64,000 nucleotides of DNA from Halorarum halobium (lineage in GTDB: Archaea; Halobacteriota; Halobacteria; Halobacteriales; Haloferacaceae), in NCBI RefSeq assembly GCF_032116555.1, contig NZ_CP134949.1:1240001-1304000 (forward strand), in the 5' to 3' direction. This document shows, in pieces, positions 49,773 to 61,877 of this stretch; position 1 is the stretch's first letter, and each line of letters begins with the position of its first letter. Below the pieces are notes generated by a model. That model saw only the letters and a list, made by a program, of their open reading frames with translations, was not told the origin of the DNA and did no database searches. A program made the position numbers and the translations under genes.

Positions 49773-52196
49773 TTATGCGTTCACCGTGAGTTTCTCCGCC
49801 TCGACGCCGTCGACGTTGACGTCGAACTCCGCGTCGTCCGCCACCGTGTACTCCAGGGTCGCCTCCTCGCCGCCGGCGACGCTGGGTGACCACTTCACGA
49901 ACCACTCGCCGTCGAGGTCGACGACGTTCGCGCCGTCGGAGACGCCGCTCGGCTCCGCGGAGACGATGTCGGTCACGTCGAGCTCCTCGGTCCGGTCCGA
50001 GTGGTTCTCGACGACGAGCCTGACGGTGTCGCCGTCGTGCTCGCGCTCGACGCTGACGTTGTTCATGATGCGCGCCATCGCCCCCTCGATGTTCGGCCGC
50101 TCGCGCCCGACCACGGCCGACACCTTGTCGGCCATCTCGGGCAGGATGCGGCCGAGCACGTCCTGCTTCTCGCGGCGCTTCTGGAGCGAGCGCCGCTTGT
50201 TGAGATACGACTTCAGCTCGCGGGCCGCCTCGCGTACCGCCAGTTCGATCTCGTCTTCGATCTCGGGCAGGTTGGCGAGGGCGTCCTTCGACTCGCTCGT
50301 GAACGGGACGTTCGTGGAGGCGACGTGGATCATCACGACCGCCGGCCCGCTCGGCATCCCCGAGCCGCCGGGCTGGTCGAGCCCGTAGTTGCGCCAGCCG
50401 ATCGACTTCACCACGTCGGTCGTCGCACACGCGCCGCGCTGGTAGACGAGCGGGACGCGGTTGGCGAATCGGAGCAGGTCGACCTGACCCTCCGAGTCGA
50501 GTTCGCCGCCGTACGCGATGCCGGCCTCGACGATGAACGGGTCGCCGCCGTGGACCTCGGCGTCCCGCGTCGCCGCCGCGTAGAAGTCCGCGTCGAACTC
50601 CTTTTTCAGTCCCGCCTCGACGAGTTCGTCGGTGATGGGCGCGAGACAGTCGGTCGGCGGCGCGAGGATGTCCGTCTCGCGCATCCCCTCGAGCAGGGCG
50701 GAGGCCGCGTCGCGGTCGCCCGCGACCTCCTTCACTTTCGGGAGGTCGTCGGGGACGGTGGCCATCCGGGACCACAGCGTCTCGACGACGTTCTCGCGTG
50801 CGGTCTCGCCGACGGTCGCGTCGTCGTACTCCTCGGTGTCGGCAGCGGCCTCGTCGACCCACGCGCGGAGGGTCGCCTCCGTCGCCCTGTGCCGTTCGCC
50901 GCCGGCGGCGATCCGCCGGGCGAGCCGTTCGGCGAGGCCGTGTTTCGTCTCGTCGTCCTTGCGGGTCGAGGTCGCCTCGTCGACGACGGCGTACAGGTCC
51001 GACGTCAGCCGGTCGCGTGCCTCCGCCTCGCCGTCGGGGTCCGAGTCGTATCCGGCCAGTTCGGCCCAGGCGGCTTCGACCGCGTTGTCCCGGACCGTGC
51101 TCCCGAACGTGACGTCGTACTCCTCCTCGGTCGCGTCAGCGACGTTGTCGACGACCTCGCGGAGCTCGTGGCGGGCCGTCAGCTCCCGGGAGGTGAGCGT
51201 GCTCGTGACCTCCGCGGCGAAGAAGTCGGTCGCCTCGGATCCCTTGTTCGAGACGGCGTCGGTGAGCGCCGAATCGAGATCGGCGTCCACGCCGGCGCTC
51301 CAGCCCATCGCCCGGCCGAAGTGGCGGTCGCGGAAGCCGGCACACACCTTGTCGGCGGTCTTCTTGCCGACGCGGGTGAACTCCTCCTGGAGGAAGCCCG
51401 AGACGCTGTAGGACTCGGTCGCCTCCAGCATCTTGATGAGCGTCCCGAGTTCGACGCCGTGGGGGTGCGGGCGGATCTCCTCGGTCTCGGCCGGGAGCTG
51501 GTCGGTGCCGCGCTCGAACTTCAGCGGCTCGTCGGAGCCCGGTTCGCGGAGTTCAAGCCGCGCGTGGGGGTTGACGACCGCGGTGTGCTTGATGTAGTCG
51601 TGGAGCTGTGCCCGGGCGCGCATGTTCGCCTCCATCTCGACCTCGATGCGCGTGCCGTGCGAGCGGTCCCAGGCGGTCGGCTCGTCGGCCTTGATCTCCG
51701 GCTCGTTCGTGTCCGTGTCGATGATGAGCTCGAAGTACTGGGCCTCGGCCTGTCCCTTCGGCCGGCTGGTGATCTTCGCCGGCTTGCCGGAGGTGAGCTG
51801 CGAGTAGAGGACGGCCGCGGAGATGCCGATCCCCTGCTGCCCGCGCGACTGCTCGCGTGCGTGAAAGCGGGAGCCGTAGAGCAGCTTCCCGAACACCTTC
51901 GGGAGCTGTTCCTTGGTGATGCCGGGCCCGTTGTCCTCGACGATCAGCCGGTAGTAGTCGCCGACCTCGCGGATCTCGACGTAGACGTCCGGTCTGATGC
52001 CGGCCTCCTCGCAGGCGTCGAGGGCGTTGTCGACCGCCTCCTTGACGGCGGTGACGAGCCCCCGTGCCCCCGAGTCGAAGCCCAGCATGTGCTTGTTCTT
52101 CTCGAAGAACTCGGCGATGGAGATCTCGCGCTGGCTCTCGGCCAGCTCGTCGGCGATCCCCTCCTCCTCGCCGAGCTGCGACTGGAACGATGACAT
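49773..52196 (-). CDS. top6B: DNA topoisomerase VI subunit B
   Basis: [47 protein letters not shown]. Confidence 0.97.
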   Translation of the reverse strand: MSSFQSQLGEEEGIADELAESQREISIAEFFEKNKHMLGFDSGARGLVTAVKEAVDNALDACEEAGIRPDVYVEIREVGDYYRLIVEDNGPGITKEQLPKVFGKLLYGSRFHAREQSRGQQGIGISAAVLYSQLTSGKPAKITSRPKGQAEAQYFELIIDTDTNEPEIKADEPTAWDRSHGTRIEVEMEANMRARAQLHDYIKHTAVVNPHARLELREPGSDEPLKFERGTDQLPAETEEIRPHPHGVELGTLIKMLEATESYSVSGFLQEEFTRVGKKTADKVCAGFRDRHFGRAMGWSAGVDADLDSALTDAVSNKGSEATDFFAAEVTSTLTSRELTARHELREVVDNVADATEEEYDVTFGSTVRDNAVEAAWAELAGYDSDPDGEAEARDRLTSDLYAVVDEATSTRKDDETKHGLAERLARRIAAGGERHRATEATLRAWVDEAAADTEEYDDATVGETARENVVETLWSRMATVPDDLPKVKEVAGDRDAASALLEGMRETDILAPPTDCLAPITDELVEAGLKKEFDADFYAAATRDAEVHGGDPFIVEAGIAYGGELDSEGQVDLLRFANRVPLVYQRGACATTDVVKSIGWRNYGLDQPGGSGMPSGPAVVMIHVASTNVPFTSESKDALANLPEIEDEIELAVREAARELKSYLNKRRSLQKRREKQDVLGRILPEMADKVSAVVGRERPNIEGAMARIMNNVSVEREHDGDTVRLVVENHSDRTEELDVTDIVSAEPSGVSDGANVVDLDGEWFVKWSPSVAGGEEATLEYTVADDAEFDVNVDGVEAEKLTVNA

Positions 52197-52225
52197 TCTC
52201 GTGGACCCTCCTACCGGGCGGGGGC

Positions 52226-52259
52226 TTAAAACGGCTTCTCCAGCGGAGTGGAAGTGAAA
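52226..52259 (-). promoter_or_regulatory. top6B promoter: TATA box plus upstream TTTCACTTCCA motif
   Basis: Minus-strand TTTTAA at 52226-52231, 30 nt before ATG. Minus-strand TTTCACTTCCA at 52249-52259. Confidence 0.6.
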
Positions 52260-52428
52260 ACCACCAGCCGACGGGCGCGGAAATCCGGTCCTACGACCCG
52301 AAACGGCATCGTTCCGGACCGAAATCGTGCCGTTTCGGACCGAACTCGGCGCGGTTCCCGTACCCAGGGCAGTCCGCAGGAAACCCTCGCCAGAACGCCC
52401 AGCGGGCCGGTAGGGCCGCCGTACTTGA

Positions 52429-54477
<2,049 letters not shown>

Positions 54478-54538
54478 ATGGATCGTCTGCGATATTCATC
54501 CTCAATCGAGCGACGTCGACCGGACGACGGGGAGGCGC

Positions 54539-54906
54539 GAAAGCCCTCGGGCTCTCGGCTCGGGGGCCTCGCTGCGCTCCTCGCCTCGGTCGCTCCGCTC
54601 CCTCGGCTGCGGTGCTTGCGTCGTCCGCCGTCCCCGAGAGCCCTCGCCCTTTCGGAGTCCGCCAGGAGGCGGTCGTCCCACTTTGGACGCATGCACGCTC
54701 ACACCCGGCGGCTCGCACGCGCCGGGGTGTGGAGGAGCGCCGCTTCCCGGCCTCCCCGCCAGCGCCGTCGGCTGAACAGCCGGCAGGGTGGGAATCCGGA
54801 AGGGGGCGCACGCTCGGCGAACCCCGGACCCGCAAGCACCACAGGCGAGCGTAGCGAGCCGAGGAGCACAGCGCGGTCCGCGGGAGCCGAGCGTGCGCGG
54901 GCTTCC
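54539..54906. repeat. two inverted copies of the structured intergenic repeat between gyrB and gyrA
   Basis: Minus-strand module at 54539-54660 and plus-strand module at 54786-54906. Both carry CAAGCACCRCAG and GAGGAGCRCAGCG cores enclosed by long stems. Confidence 0.85.
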
Positions 54907-54980
54907 GCGAACGTTCCCGCTGTTCCCCGTAGAGACGAATCGACTGACAGCAGCCACGACGCAACCGAAGGCAGATACGA

Positions 54981-57539
54981 ATGAGTTCAGAGCCACCAGT
55001 CGACCCCGGCGACGTCAGAGCCGCCCAGGTCGAACACGTCCGCATCGAGGAGGAGATGGAGCAGTCGTACATCGACTACGCGATGTCCGTCATCGCCGGC
55101 CGGGCGCTCCCGGACGTCCGTGACGGCCTCAAACCGGTCCACCGGCGCATCCTCTACGCGATGCACGAGATGGGGCTCACCTCGAATACGAGCCACCGGA
55201 AGTCCTCCTCCATCGTCGGCGAGACGATGGGTGATTACCACCCGCACGGCGACTCGGCCATCTACGACACGCTCGTCGGCATGGCCCAGGAGTTCTCCAT
55301 GCGCTACCCGCTCGTGGACGGCCAGGGGAACTTCGGGTCGATGGACGGCGACCCCGCCGCGGCGATGCGGTACACGGAGGCCCGGATGGCCCCCATCGCC
55401 GAGGAACTGCTCGAGGACATCGAGCGGGACACCGTCGATTTCGCCTCGAACTACGACGATCGCCTGCAGGAGCCCGAGGTGCTGCCCTCGGCGTACCCGA
55501 ACCTGCTGGTCAACGGCTCGACCGGCATCGCCGTCGGGATGTCGACGAAGGTTCCCCCGCACAACCTCGGGGAGGTCATCGACGCGACCATCGAACTCAT
55601 CGACGACCCAGACGCGACAGTCGGTGACCTCATGCAGCACGTCAAGGGGCCCGACTTCCCGACCGGGGCGAACATCGTCGGGCGCAACGCCGTCCGGAAA
55701 GCCTACGAGACCGGCCGAGGACGCGTCCGCGTCCGCGCCGAGTTCGAGGTCGAGGAGTTCGACGGTGACCGACGGCGCATCGTCGTCACCGAGGTCCCCT
55801 ACCAGCAGAACAAGGCGCGCCTCGTCGAGCGCATCGCCGAGGACGTGAACGAGGGCGTCCTCGAGGGAATCTCCGACCTGCGCGACGAGTCCGACCGCGA
55901 CGGCGTCCGCGTCGTCATCGAACTGAAGCGGGGCGCGAACGTCGAGGTCGTGAAGAACCAGCTCGTCGAGCACCACCTCGAACGGACGTTCGGCGTCATC
56001 AACCTCGCGCTGGTCGACGGCCAGCCGCGCGTGCTCACCCTGAAGGAGACGCTCGCGGAGTACATCGACCACCGCAAGGAGGTGGTCACCCGCCGGACCG
56101 AGCACGAACTCGGCGAGGCCGAGGACCGCGCGCACATCCTCGAGGGCCGGCTGAAGGCGCTCGACAACGTCGAGGACGTCGTCGAGACGATCCGGAACAG
56201 CGAGGACCGCGACGAGGCGAAGGCCGCGCTGCGCGAGACGTTCGACTTCTCGGAGGCCCAGGCCCAGCACATCGTCCGGATGCAGCTCGGCTCGCTCACC
56301 TCGCTCGAGGCCGCCGAGATCGAGGAGGAGTACGAGGACGTGATCGCCCGCATCGAGCGACTGGAGGAGATCCTGGCCTCCGAGTCCGAACTGCTGGGCG
56401 TCATCAAGTCAGAACTCCGCGAGATCAGGGAGGAGTACGACGACGAGCGCCGGACCGGCTTCGTCGAGGACACCGGCACCGTCACCCACGAGGACCTCAT
56501 CCCCGAGGAGGAGTCGGTCGTCGTCGTCAGCGAGGACGACTACATCAAGCGGATGCCGGCCGCCGAATTCCGCGCGCAGAACCGCGGCGGGAAGGGCATC
56601 ATCGGCGCGGATCTGAAGGAGGGCGACCGCGTCTCCTCGGTGTTTCTCGCCTCGACCCACGACTACCTGCTCTGTTTCACCACCCACGGACAGGTGTACC
56701 AGCTGAAGACGTACCAGGTGCCCGAGATGGGCCGCACGGCCCGCGGGAAGTCCGCCGTCAACGTGCTCGATCTCGACGACGGCGAGGAGATCACCGCGGT
56801 CGTCAACTGCGACGACATCGGCGGCGCGGGTGCGAGGGACGGCGACGACGCTGACGGCGACGCGGACGCCGCGACCGGCGTCGACGGGGACGAGGCCCCG
56901 GACCAGTACCTCACGATGGTCACCCGCGACGGCTACGTGAAACGAACCGCGGGCGAGGAGTTCCGAAACATCCTCTCGACGGGCATCCGGGCCATCAAAC
57001 TCGAGGACGGCGACGAACTCGCCGACGTCGAGGTGACCGACGGCAGCCGCGACCTCGTCATCGGCACCCGCGGCGGCATGGCGATCCGGTTCGACGAGTC
57101 CGAGGTGCGTGCGATGGGCCGCTCCGCGCGCGGCGTCCGGGGCATCGATCTGGAGGCCGGCGACAGCGTCGCCGGCCTGGCCGCCATCGACCCGGCCCAG
57201 CACGACTGGGTGCTCACGGTGACGCGAAACGGCTACGGCAAGCGGACCGACCTCGACGAGTACCGCGTCCAGAGCCGCAACGGCAAGGGGCTCATCGACA
57301 TCAAGACGAACGAACGGAACGGCCCGTCCATCGCGGTCGAGGCGGTCACGTACGGCGATCACCTGTTCGCCATGAGCGAGCGCGGCCAGATCGTGCGCAC
57401 CCGCGTCGAGGACGTCTCCACCATCGGGCGGAACACGATGGGCGTCACGGTGATGGCGCTCGACGAGGCTGACTCGGTGGCGACGGTCGACGTGCTGCCC
57501 GCCGCCCGCGTCGAGGATTCGGCGGACGACGACGAATAA
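54981..57539 (+). CDS. gyrA: DNA gyrase subunit A
   Basis: [33 protein letters not shown], GyrA box QNRGGKG, C-terminal pinwheel repeats. Confidence 0.98.
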   Translation: MSSEPPVDPGDVRAAQVEHVRIEEEMEQSYIDYAMSVIAGRALPDVRDGLKPVHRRILYAMHEMGLTSNTSHRKSSSIVGETMGDYHPHGDSAIYDTLVGMAQEFSMRYPLVDGQGNFGSMDGDPAAAMRYTEARMAPIAEELLEDIERDTVDFASNYDDRLQEPEVLPSAYPNLLVNGSTGIAVGMSTKVPPHNLGEVIDATIELIDDPDATVGDLMQHVKGPDFPTGANIVGRNAVRKAYETGRGRVRVRAEFEVEEFDGDRRRIVVTEVPYQQNKARLVERIAEDVNEGVLEGISDLRDESDRDGVRVVIELKRGANVEVVKNQLVEHHLERTFGVINLALVDGQPRVLTLKETLAEYIDHRKEVVTRRTEHELGEAEDRAHILEGRLKALDNVEDVVETIRNSEDRDEAKAALRETFDFSEAQAQHIVRMQLGSLTSLEAAEIEEEYEDVIARIERLEEILASESELLGVIKSELREIREEYDDERRTGFVEDTGTVTHEDLIPEEESVVVVSEDDYIKRMPAAEFRAQNRGGKGIIGADLKEGDRVSSVFLASTHDYLLCFTTHGQVYQLKTYQVPEMGRTARGKSAVNVLDLDDGEEITAVVNCDDIGGAGARDGDDADGDADAATGVDGDEAPDQYLTMVTRDGYVKRTAGEEFRNILSTGIRAIKLEDGDELADVEVTDGSRDLVIGTRGGMAIRFDESEVRAMGRSARGVRGIDLEAGDSVAGLAAIDPAQHDWVLTVTRNGYGKRTDLDEYRVQSRNGKGLIDIKTNERNGPSIAVEAVTYGDHLFAMSERGQIVRTRVEDVSTIGRNTMGVTVMALDEADSVATVDVLPAARVEDSADDDE

Positions 57540-57591
57540 CGGATCCGCGGCCCCGGGAACGCGGTCGCCGATCACCGATCGGGTTCCCTCC

Positions 57592-58263
57592 TCAGTCCGC
57601 CCCGGTGTCCTCGAGTTCGTAGTACGCGTCACAGCAGGCGGTCGACTCGACGCGCCGGGCCTGTTTCGCGGGCGGCAACTCGGCGAGCCGCGTCGTCTCG
57701 CACCGGCGACAGCGATCGAACAGTACGTCGCCGCAGTCACGACACCGCAGCAGGTAGCGACCCCGGTGGAACGCGGGACAGTGCGGGTCGGCGTCGACGG
57801 CCTCGGCGCGCCGTCGGAACCACGCGCCGTGGCCGGTCGTCCCGAATCGCTGGAACTGCTCGACGTGAACGAGTTCGTGACGGAGCGTCCGTCGCCACTC
57901 CGCCTCGTCGTAGGCGTCGACCGCCCGGCGGGAACAGACGACCTCGCAGGCGTCCAGGCTGTCGAACCGCGACCGGTCGAGCACGTCGCCGTGTTCCCGA
58001 CGAACCTCCCGCCAGTCGACGGGGCGACCGACCTCGGTGCCCGGAAGCTTCGGGTGTTTCACCGCGGCCGCCCGGCGCTTCGCGCGGTCGGAGACGCTCC
58101 ACCCGACGTTGCGGTCGAGGCTCACCTCGACGTCGAACTCGATGACCGCCACCCGGGCGTAGCGCTCGCTGTAGGCCACGATCTCCGCGTCCGTCCCGAC
58201 GTCGTCGAAGTCGATATCGACCGTGGCGGGAGGACGATAATCGTTCTGTCGGTGCCGGTTCAC
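57592..58263 (-). CDS. SprT-like zinc metalloprotease with C-terminal Cys cluster
   Basis: RAKRRAA, TLRHELVH...GHGAWF, then CRDC..CRRC..CC. Confidence 0.78.
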   Translation of the reverse strand: MNRHRQNDYRPPATVDIDFDDVGTDAEIVAYSERYARVAVIEFDVEVSLDRNVGWSVSDRAKRRAAAVKHPKLPGTEVGRPVDWREVRREHGDVLDRSRFDSLDACEVVCSRRAVDAYDEAEWRRTLRHELVHVEQFQRFGTTGHGAWFRRRAEAVDADPHCPAFHRGRYLLRCRDCGDVLFDRCRRCETTRLAELPPAKQARRVESTACCDAYYELEDTGAD

Positions 58264-58307
58264 CGGCGCACGTCCGGCGTGTCGCCGCCCGGGACCCGCC
58301 CGACCGA

Positions 58308-58979
58308 TCAGGAACGGAACGGCCGCGCGAGTCGCCGAAGGATTCGTCTCCCGTTCGAGCGGACGAACGCGACCGCACCGACCTTCGACTCGTCGAGGGC
58401 GTACCGGTCGGCCTCGGCTGGGTCGTCGTCCACCCGGTACACGACGTCGTCGTCGGTGGCGAACGCGAGCGCCTCGCGGACGCGCGACTCGGTGAGGTCA
58501 CAGGCCTCGGCGAGTTCGGGGACGGTCCGTGGCGCCTTCTCCAGTTCGTCGGTGATCAGGTGAGCGTGGTTCATCACCAGCATCACCTCGCCGGCGTCCA
58601 TCTCCTCGTCCCGCTCGCTCCAGGGTTCCCGGTCGGGGCCGCGGCGGGCGTCGAGGAGGAACCAGCCGCCGGCGAGGGCGGTGAGGGCGGGGAACCACGC
58701 CGGGCCGCCGGTCCCCGCTCCGGCCGTGAGTTCGTAGGTCAGCCACGCGAGGCTGGCGAGGAGGATGAACACGCCCTCGCCGACGGCTAACGACTGGTCG
58801 TCGATGCTCGGTGTCTCCCGGAGGACCCCTCTCGACTCGATCAGCACGACTCCCAGTGCGATCCCCACGGTCGTCCAGACGGAGTCGGTGAACCAGTAGA
58901 CGAGCGCGAGGATCGCGACCATCGGGAGGGCGTTTCGAACCGTGAGTCGCTCACGGGCGATTCGGGCGATGGCTGACAT
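58308..58979 (-). CDS. membrane protein with C-terminal winged-helix-like domain
   Basis: Four TM helices, then PRTVPELAEACDLTESRVREAL. Confidence 0.7.
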   Translation of the reverse strand: MSAIARIARERLTVRNALPMVAILALVYWFTDSVWTTVGIALGVVLIESRGVLRETPSIDDQSLAVGEGVFILLASLAWLTYELTAGAGTGGPAWFPALTALAGGWFLLDARRGPDREPWSERDEEMDAGEVMLVMNHAHLITDELEKAPRTVPELAEACDLTESRVREALAFATDDDVVYRVDDDPAEADRYALDESKVGAVAFVRSNGRRILRRLARPFRS

Positions 58980-59099
58980 CGTATCGGAGGGACGCGGCCT
59001 CGCCCATTAATGTTCCCGACCGGATCGTTTCTCGCGTGCCGACGGGTCCTCGATCGACGGACCCGACGAGCGAGGGGGCACCCGGAAACGTGGCCCGTG

Positions 59100-60005
59100 C
59101 TACAGAATCTTCTTCCCGAACGCGCTGGCGGCGAGTTCGGTCGCCAGCTCCCCGGTCTCGTTGTGCTCGTCGAGCACCGGGTTCACCTCGACCACCTCCA
59201 TCGAGCGGAGCGCCCCCGAGCGCGCGACCCGCTCCATCGCGTAGTGAGCCTCCCGGTAGGTGACGCCGCCGCGGACCGGCGTCCCGACGCCGGGCGCGAT
59301 GCCGGGGTCGAGCCAGTCCATGTCGAGGCTGACGTGGACGCCCTCGACGTCGTCGCTCGCGACCGAGATGGCCGCCTCGACGACGTCGGTGATGCCGCGC
59401 TCGTCGATGTCCGACATCGTGAACGCGGTCATCTCGCCCTCGTGGATCGCTTCCCGCTCGGAGTCGTCCAGCGACCGCAGGCCGACGTAGACGAAGTTCT
59501 CCTCCCGGAGCCCCGGCGCGTTCGCCCACTCGACGCCGTCCCACTCGCGGTAGCCCATGGCGGCGGCGACCGGCATGCCGTGGACGTTGCCCGACGGGGA
59601 GGTCGTCGGGGTGTTGTAGTCGCCGTGGGCGTCGAACCAGATCGCGCCGACGTCCGCGTCTCTCGCGCTCCCGCCGATCGTGCCGATGGCGACCGAGTGG
59701 TCCCCGCCGAGCACGAGCGGCGTCGCGCCGTCGGCGATGGTGTTGGCCACCTCGTCGGCCAGACGGGTGCACACCTCCTCCGTCTCGCGGAGGAACTTCG
59801 CGTTCCCCTCGCTCGGGGTGCGGTAGTCGGGGTCGCGCTCCTCGGCGCGCGGGACGAGGAGGTCGCCCACGTCCGTCGTCGCCACGCCTGCGGCGGCGAG
59901 TTCGGCACCGAGACCGCCGTACCGGATCGCCGACGGTCCCATGTCAACGCCGCGTCGGTCCTGTCCGTAGTCGGTGGGGACGCCGATGATGCGAACCGCG
60001 CTCAT
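59100..60005 (-). CDS. rocF: arginase
   Basis: GVDMGPSAIR, LGGDHS, WFDAHGDYNT, SGNVHGMP, SLDMDWLDP, EVNP. Confidence 0.95.
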   Translation of the reverse strand: MSAVRIIGVPTDYGQDRRGVDMGPSAIRYGGLGAELAAAGVATTDVGDLLVPRAEERDPDYRTPSEGNAKFLRETEEVCTRLADEVANTIADGATPLVLGGDHSVAIGTIGGSARDADVGAIWFDAHGDYNTPTTSPSGNVHGMPVAAAMGYREWDGVEWANAPGLREENFVYVGLRSLDDSEREAIHEGEMTAFTMSDIDERGITDVVEAAISVASDDVEGVHVSLDMDWLDPGIAPGVGTPVRGGVTYREAHYAMERVARSGALRSMEVVEVNPVLDEHNETGELATELAASAFGKKIL

Positions 60006-60137
60006 GTCCGAACAGTCCCCCGTCGCCGGTAAAGCGGTGTCGAAGGCGACGACTCCGGCGGCGGTCCGCGGTCGAAAGTGACGACCGCGATGGCGATCGT
60101 TTTCGGCCGCAGGACCGCAGAACGGCGCGTCCTCGGC

Positions 60138-61052
60138 TCAGTCCAGATACGGCGCGCAGACGCGGCGAACGCCCTCCTCGAAGCCGATCTGTGGCTCCCA
60201 GCCGGTCGCCTCGTGGACCTTCGAGACGTCCGCCTTCGTGTCGTGGACGTAGCCGTCGAACGGCGTCTCGACGTACTCGGGGTCGACGTCGGTGCCGAGC
60301 GCGTCGTTGATCATCGAGACCATCTCGTTGAACGTGTAGCTCTCGCCGGTCCCGAGGTTGTAGACGCCGTCGAGCCGGTGATCAGCGACGGTCTCGATGC
60401 CGCGGACGACGTCCTCGACGTGGGTGAAATCGCGGGTCTGGGAGCCGTCGCCGAACAGTTCCGGCGCGGTGCCGTTCGCGATCAGGTCGGCGAACTGGGC
60501 GACCGTGTTGGCGTACTCCCCCTTGTGTTCCTCCGCGCCGGCGAAGCCCTGGTAGACGGAGAAGAATCGGAGCCCCGCGACGTCCATCCCGTGGTGGTTG
60601 CGGTAGTAGTCGGCGTACTGCTCGCGCGCGAGCTTCGACGCCTCGTAGCCCGTGCGCGCCTCGACGTCCATCTCCTCGGGTGAGGGTTCGGTTCGACTGC
60701 CGTAGATGGAGGAGGTGGAGGCGTAGACGACCCGATCACAGCCGGTCCGACGCGCCTGCTCGACCGTGTTGACGAACCCCTCGACGTTCACGCGTGCCCC
60801 TCGCGCCGGGTCCTCCTCGTGCATGTTCCGCGAGGACATCGCCGCGAGGTGGAACACGACGTCCACGTCGGCCGGGAGGTCACCGTCGAGCACCGAGGCC
60901 TCGACGAACTCCACGTCGTCCCCGAGGTTCTCGGGCGTTCCCAGGTAGAGGTCGTCGAGCGCGACGACGTCGTTGTCCGCGGCCAGTCGGTTCGCGAGGT
61001 TGGAGCCGATGAAGCCGGCCCCGCCAGTGACCAGAACCCGCTTGCCCTGCAT
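60138..61052 (-). CDS. NAD-dependent epimerase/dehydratase (extended SDR)
   Basis: VTGGAGFIGS, YASTSSIYG, YEASK, GSQTRDFTHV. Confidence 0.92.
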   Translation of the reverse strand: MQGKRVLVTGGAGFIGSNLANRLAADNDVVALDDLYLGTPENLGDDVEFVEASVLDGDLPADVDVVFHLAAMSSRNMHEEDPARGARVNVEGFVNTVEQARRTGCDRVVYASTSSIYGSRTEPSPEEMDVEARTGYEASKLAREQYADYYRNHHGMDVAGLRFFSVYQGFAGAEEHKGEYANTVAQFADLIANGTAPELFGDGSQTRDFTHVEDVVRGIETVADHRLDGVYNLGTGESYTFNEMVSMINDALGTDVDPEYVETPFDGYVHDTKADVSKVHEATGWEPQIGFEEGVRRVCAPYLD

Positions 61053-61158
61053 ACCCTGAGGGGGTAGAGCCTGCGGCAAAGCGGTGTCGGTCGCTCGTCC
61101 CCGGATCGCCGCGAGCGTTCCGTGGTTTTATGCGGGTTCCGGCGCAAACCCCATTTAA

Positions 61159-61692
61159 ATGTCGTCCATCGAACTCACCGACAGCCAGCGAAAGATCCTC
61201 AACGAGCTCGTAAACCTCTCCAGGGAGCAGGAGGGCGCAGTGAAGGGCGAGACGATCGCCGAGGCCGTCGAGCGCAACCCCGGCACGATCCGGAACCAGA
61301 TGCAGAGCCTCAAGGCGCTCCAGCTGGTCGAGGGGGTCCCCGGTCCGAAAGGGGGGTACAAGCCGACCGCGACCGCCTTCGAGGCGCTCGACCTCCAGGA
61401 CTTGGACGAGCCGGCCGCGACGCCGCTCCACCACGAGGGGGAGAAGCTCGAGAACGTCAACGTCCAGGAGATCAACCTCACGTCGGTCCACCACCCCGAG
61501 CTGTGCCGGGCCGAGATCCACCTGCAGGGATCGGCACGTGACTTCCACGAGGGCGACTCCGTCGTCGTCGGCCCGACGCCCCTCTCGAAGCTCACCATCG
61601 AGGGAACCGTCGACGGGAAGGACGAGACCGCGAGCGTCCTCATCCTGAAGATCGACGGGATGAAGGCGCCCTCCGAGGAGCCGTCACACTGA
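61159..61692 (+). CDS. winged-helix transcriptional regulator
   Basis: LTDSQRKIL...VKGETIAEAVERNPGTIRNQMQSLKALQLVEGVPGPKGGY. Confidence 0.85.
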   Translation: MSSIELTDSQRKILNELVNLSREQEGAVKGETIAEAVERNPGTIRNQMQSLKALQLVEGVPGPKGGYKPTATAFEALDLQDLDEPAATPLHHEGEKLENVNVQEINLTSVHHPELCRAEIHLQGSARDFHEGDSVVVGPTPLSKLTIEGTVDGKDETASVLILKIDGMKAPSEEPSH

Positions 61693-61877
61693 ATCGGGCC
61701 GGTTCGAGACGACGGTTTCCGGGACCGATCCCGATGGAGGACTTTCGGCATTCCCCGAGAATCGAGCGTTCGCGTCGGTCGCCGTCGCCCGCTCGGATCG
61801 ACCGACGGTCTCACCGCTGGCTGTTCGACGTGACCGACAACTGACCTCGAGGACGGACGTCCGTCGTTTTCCTGCCG

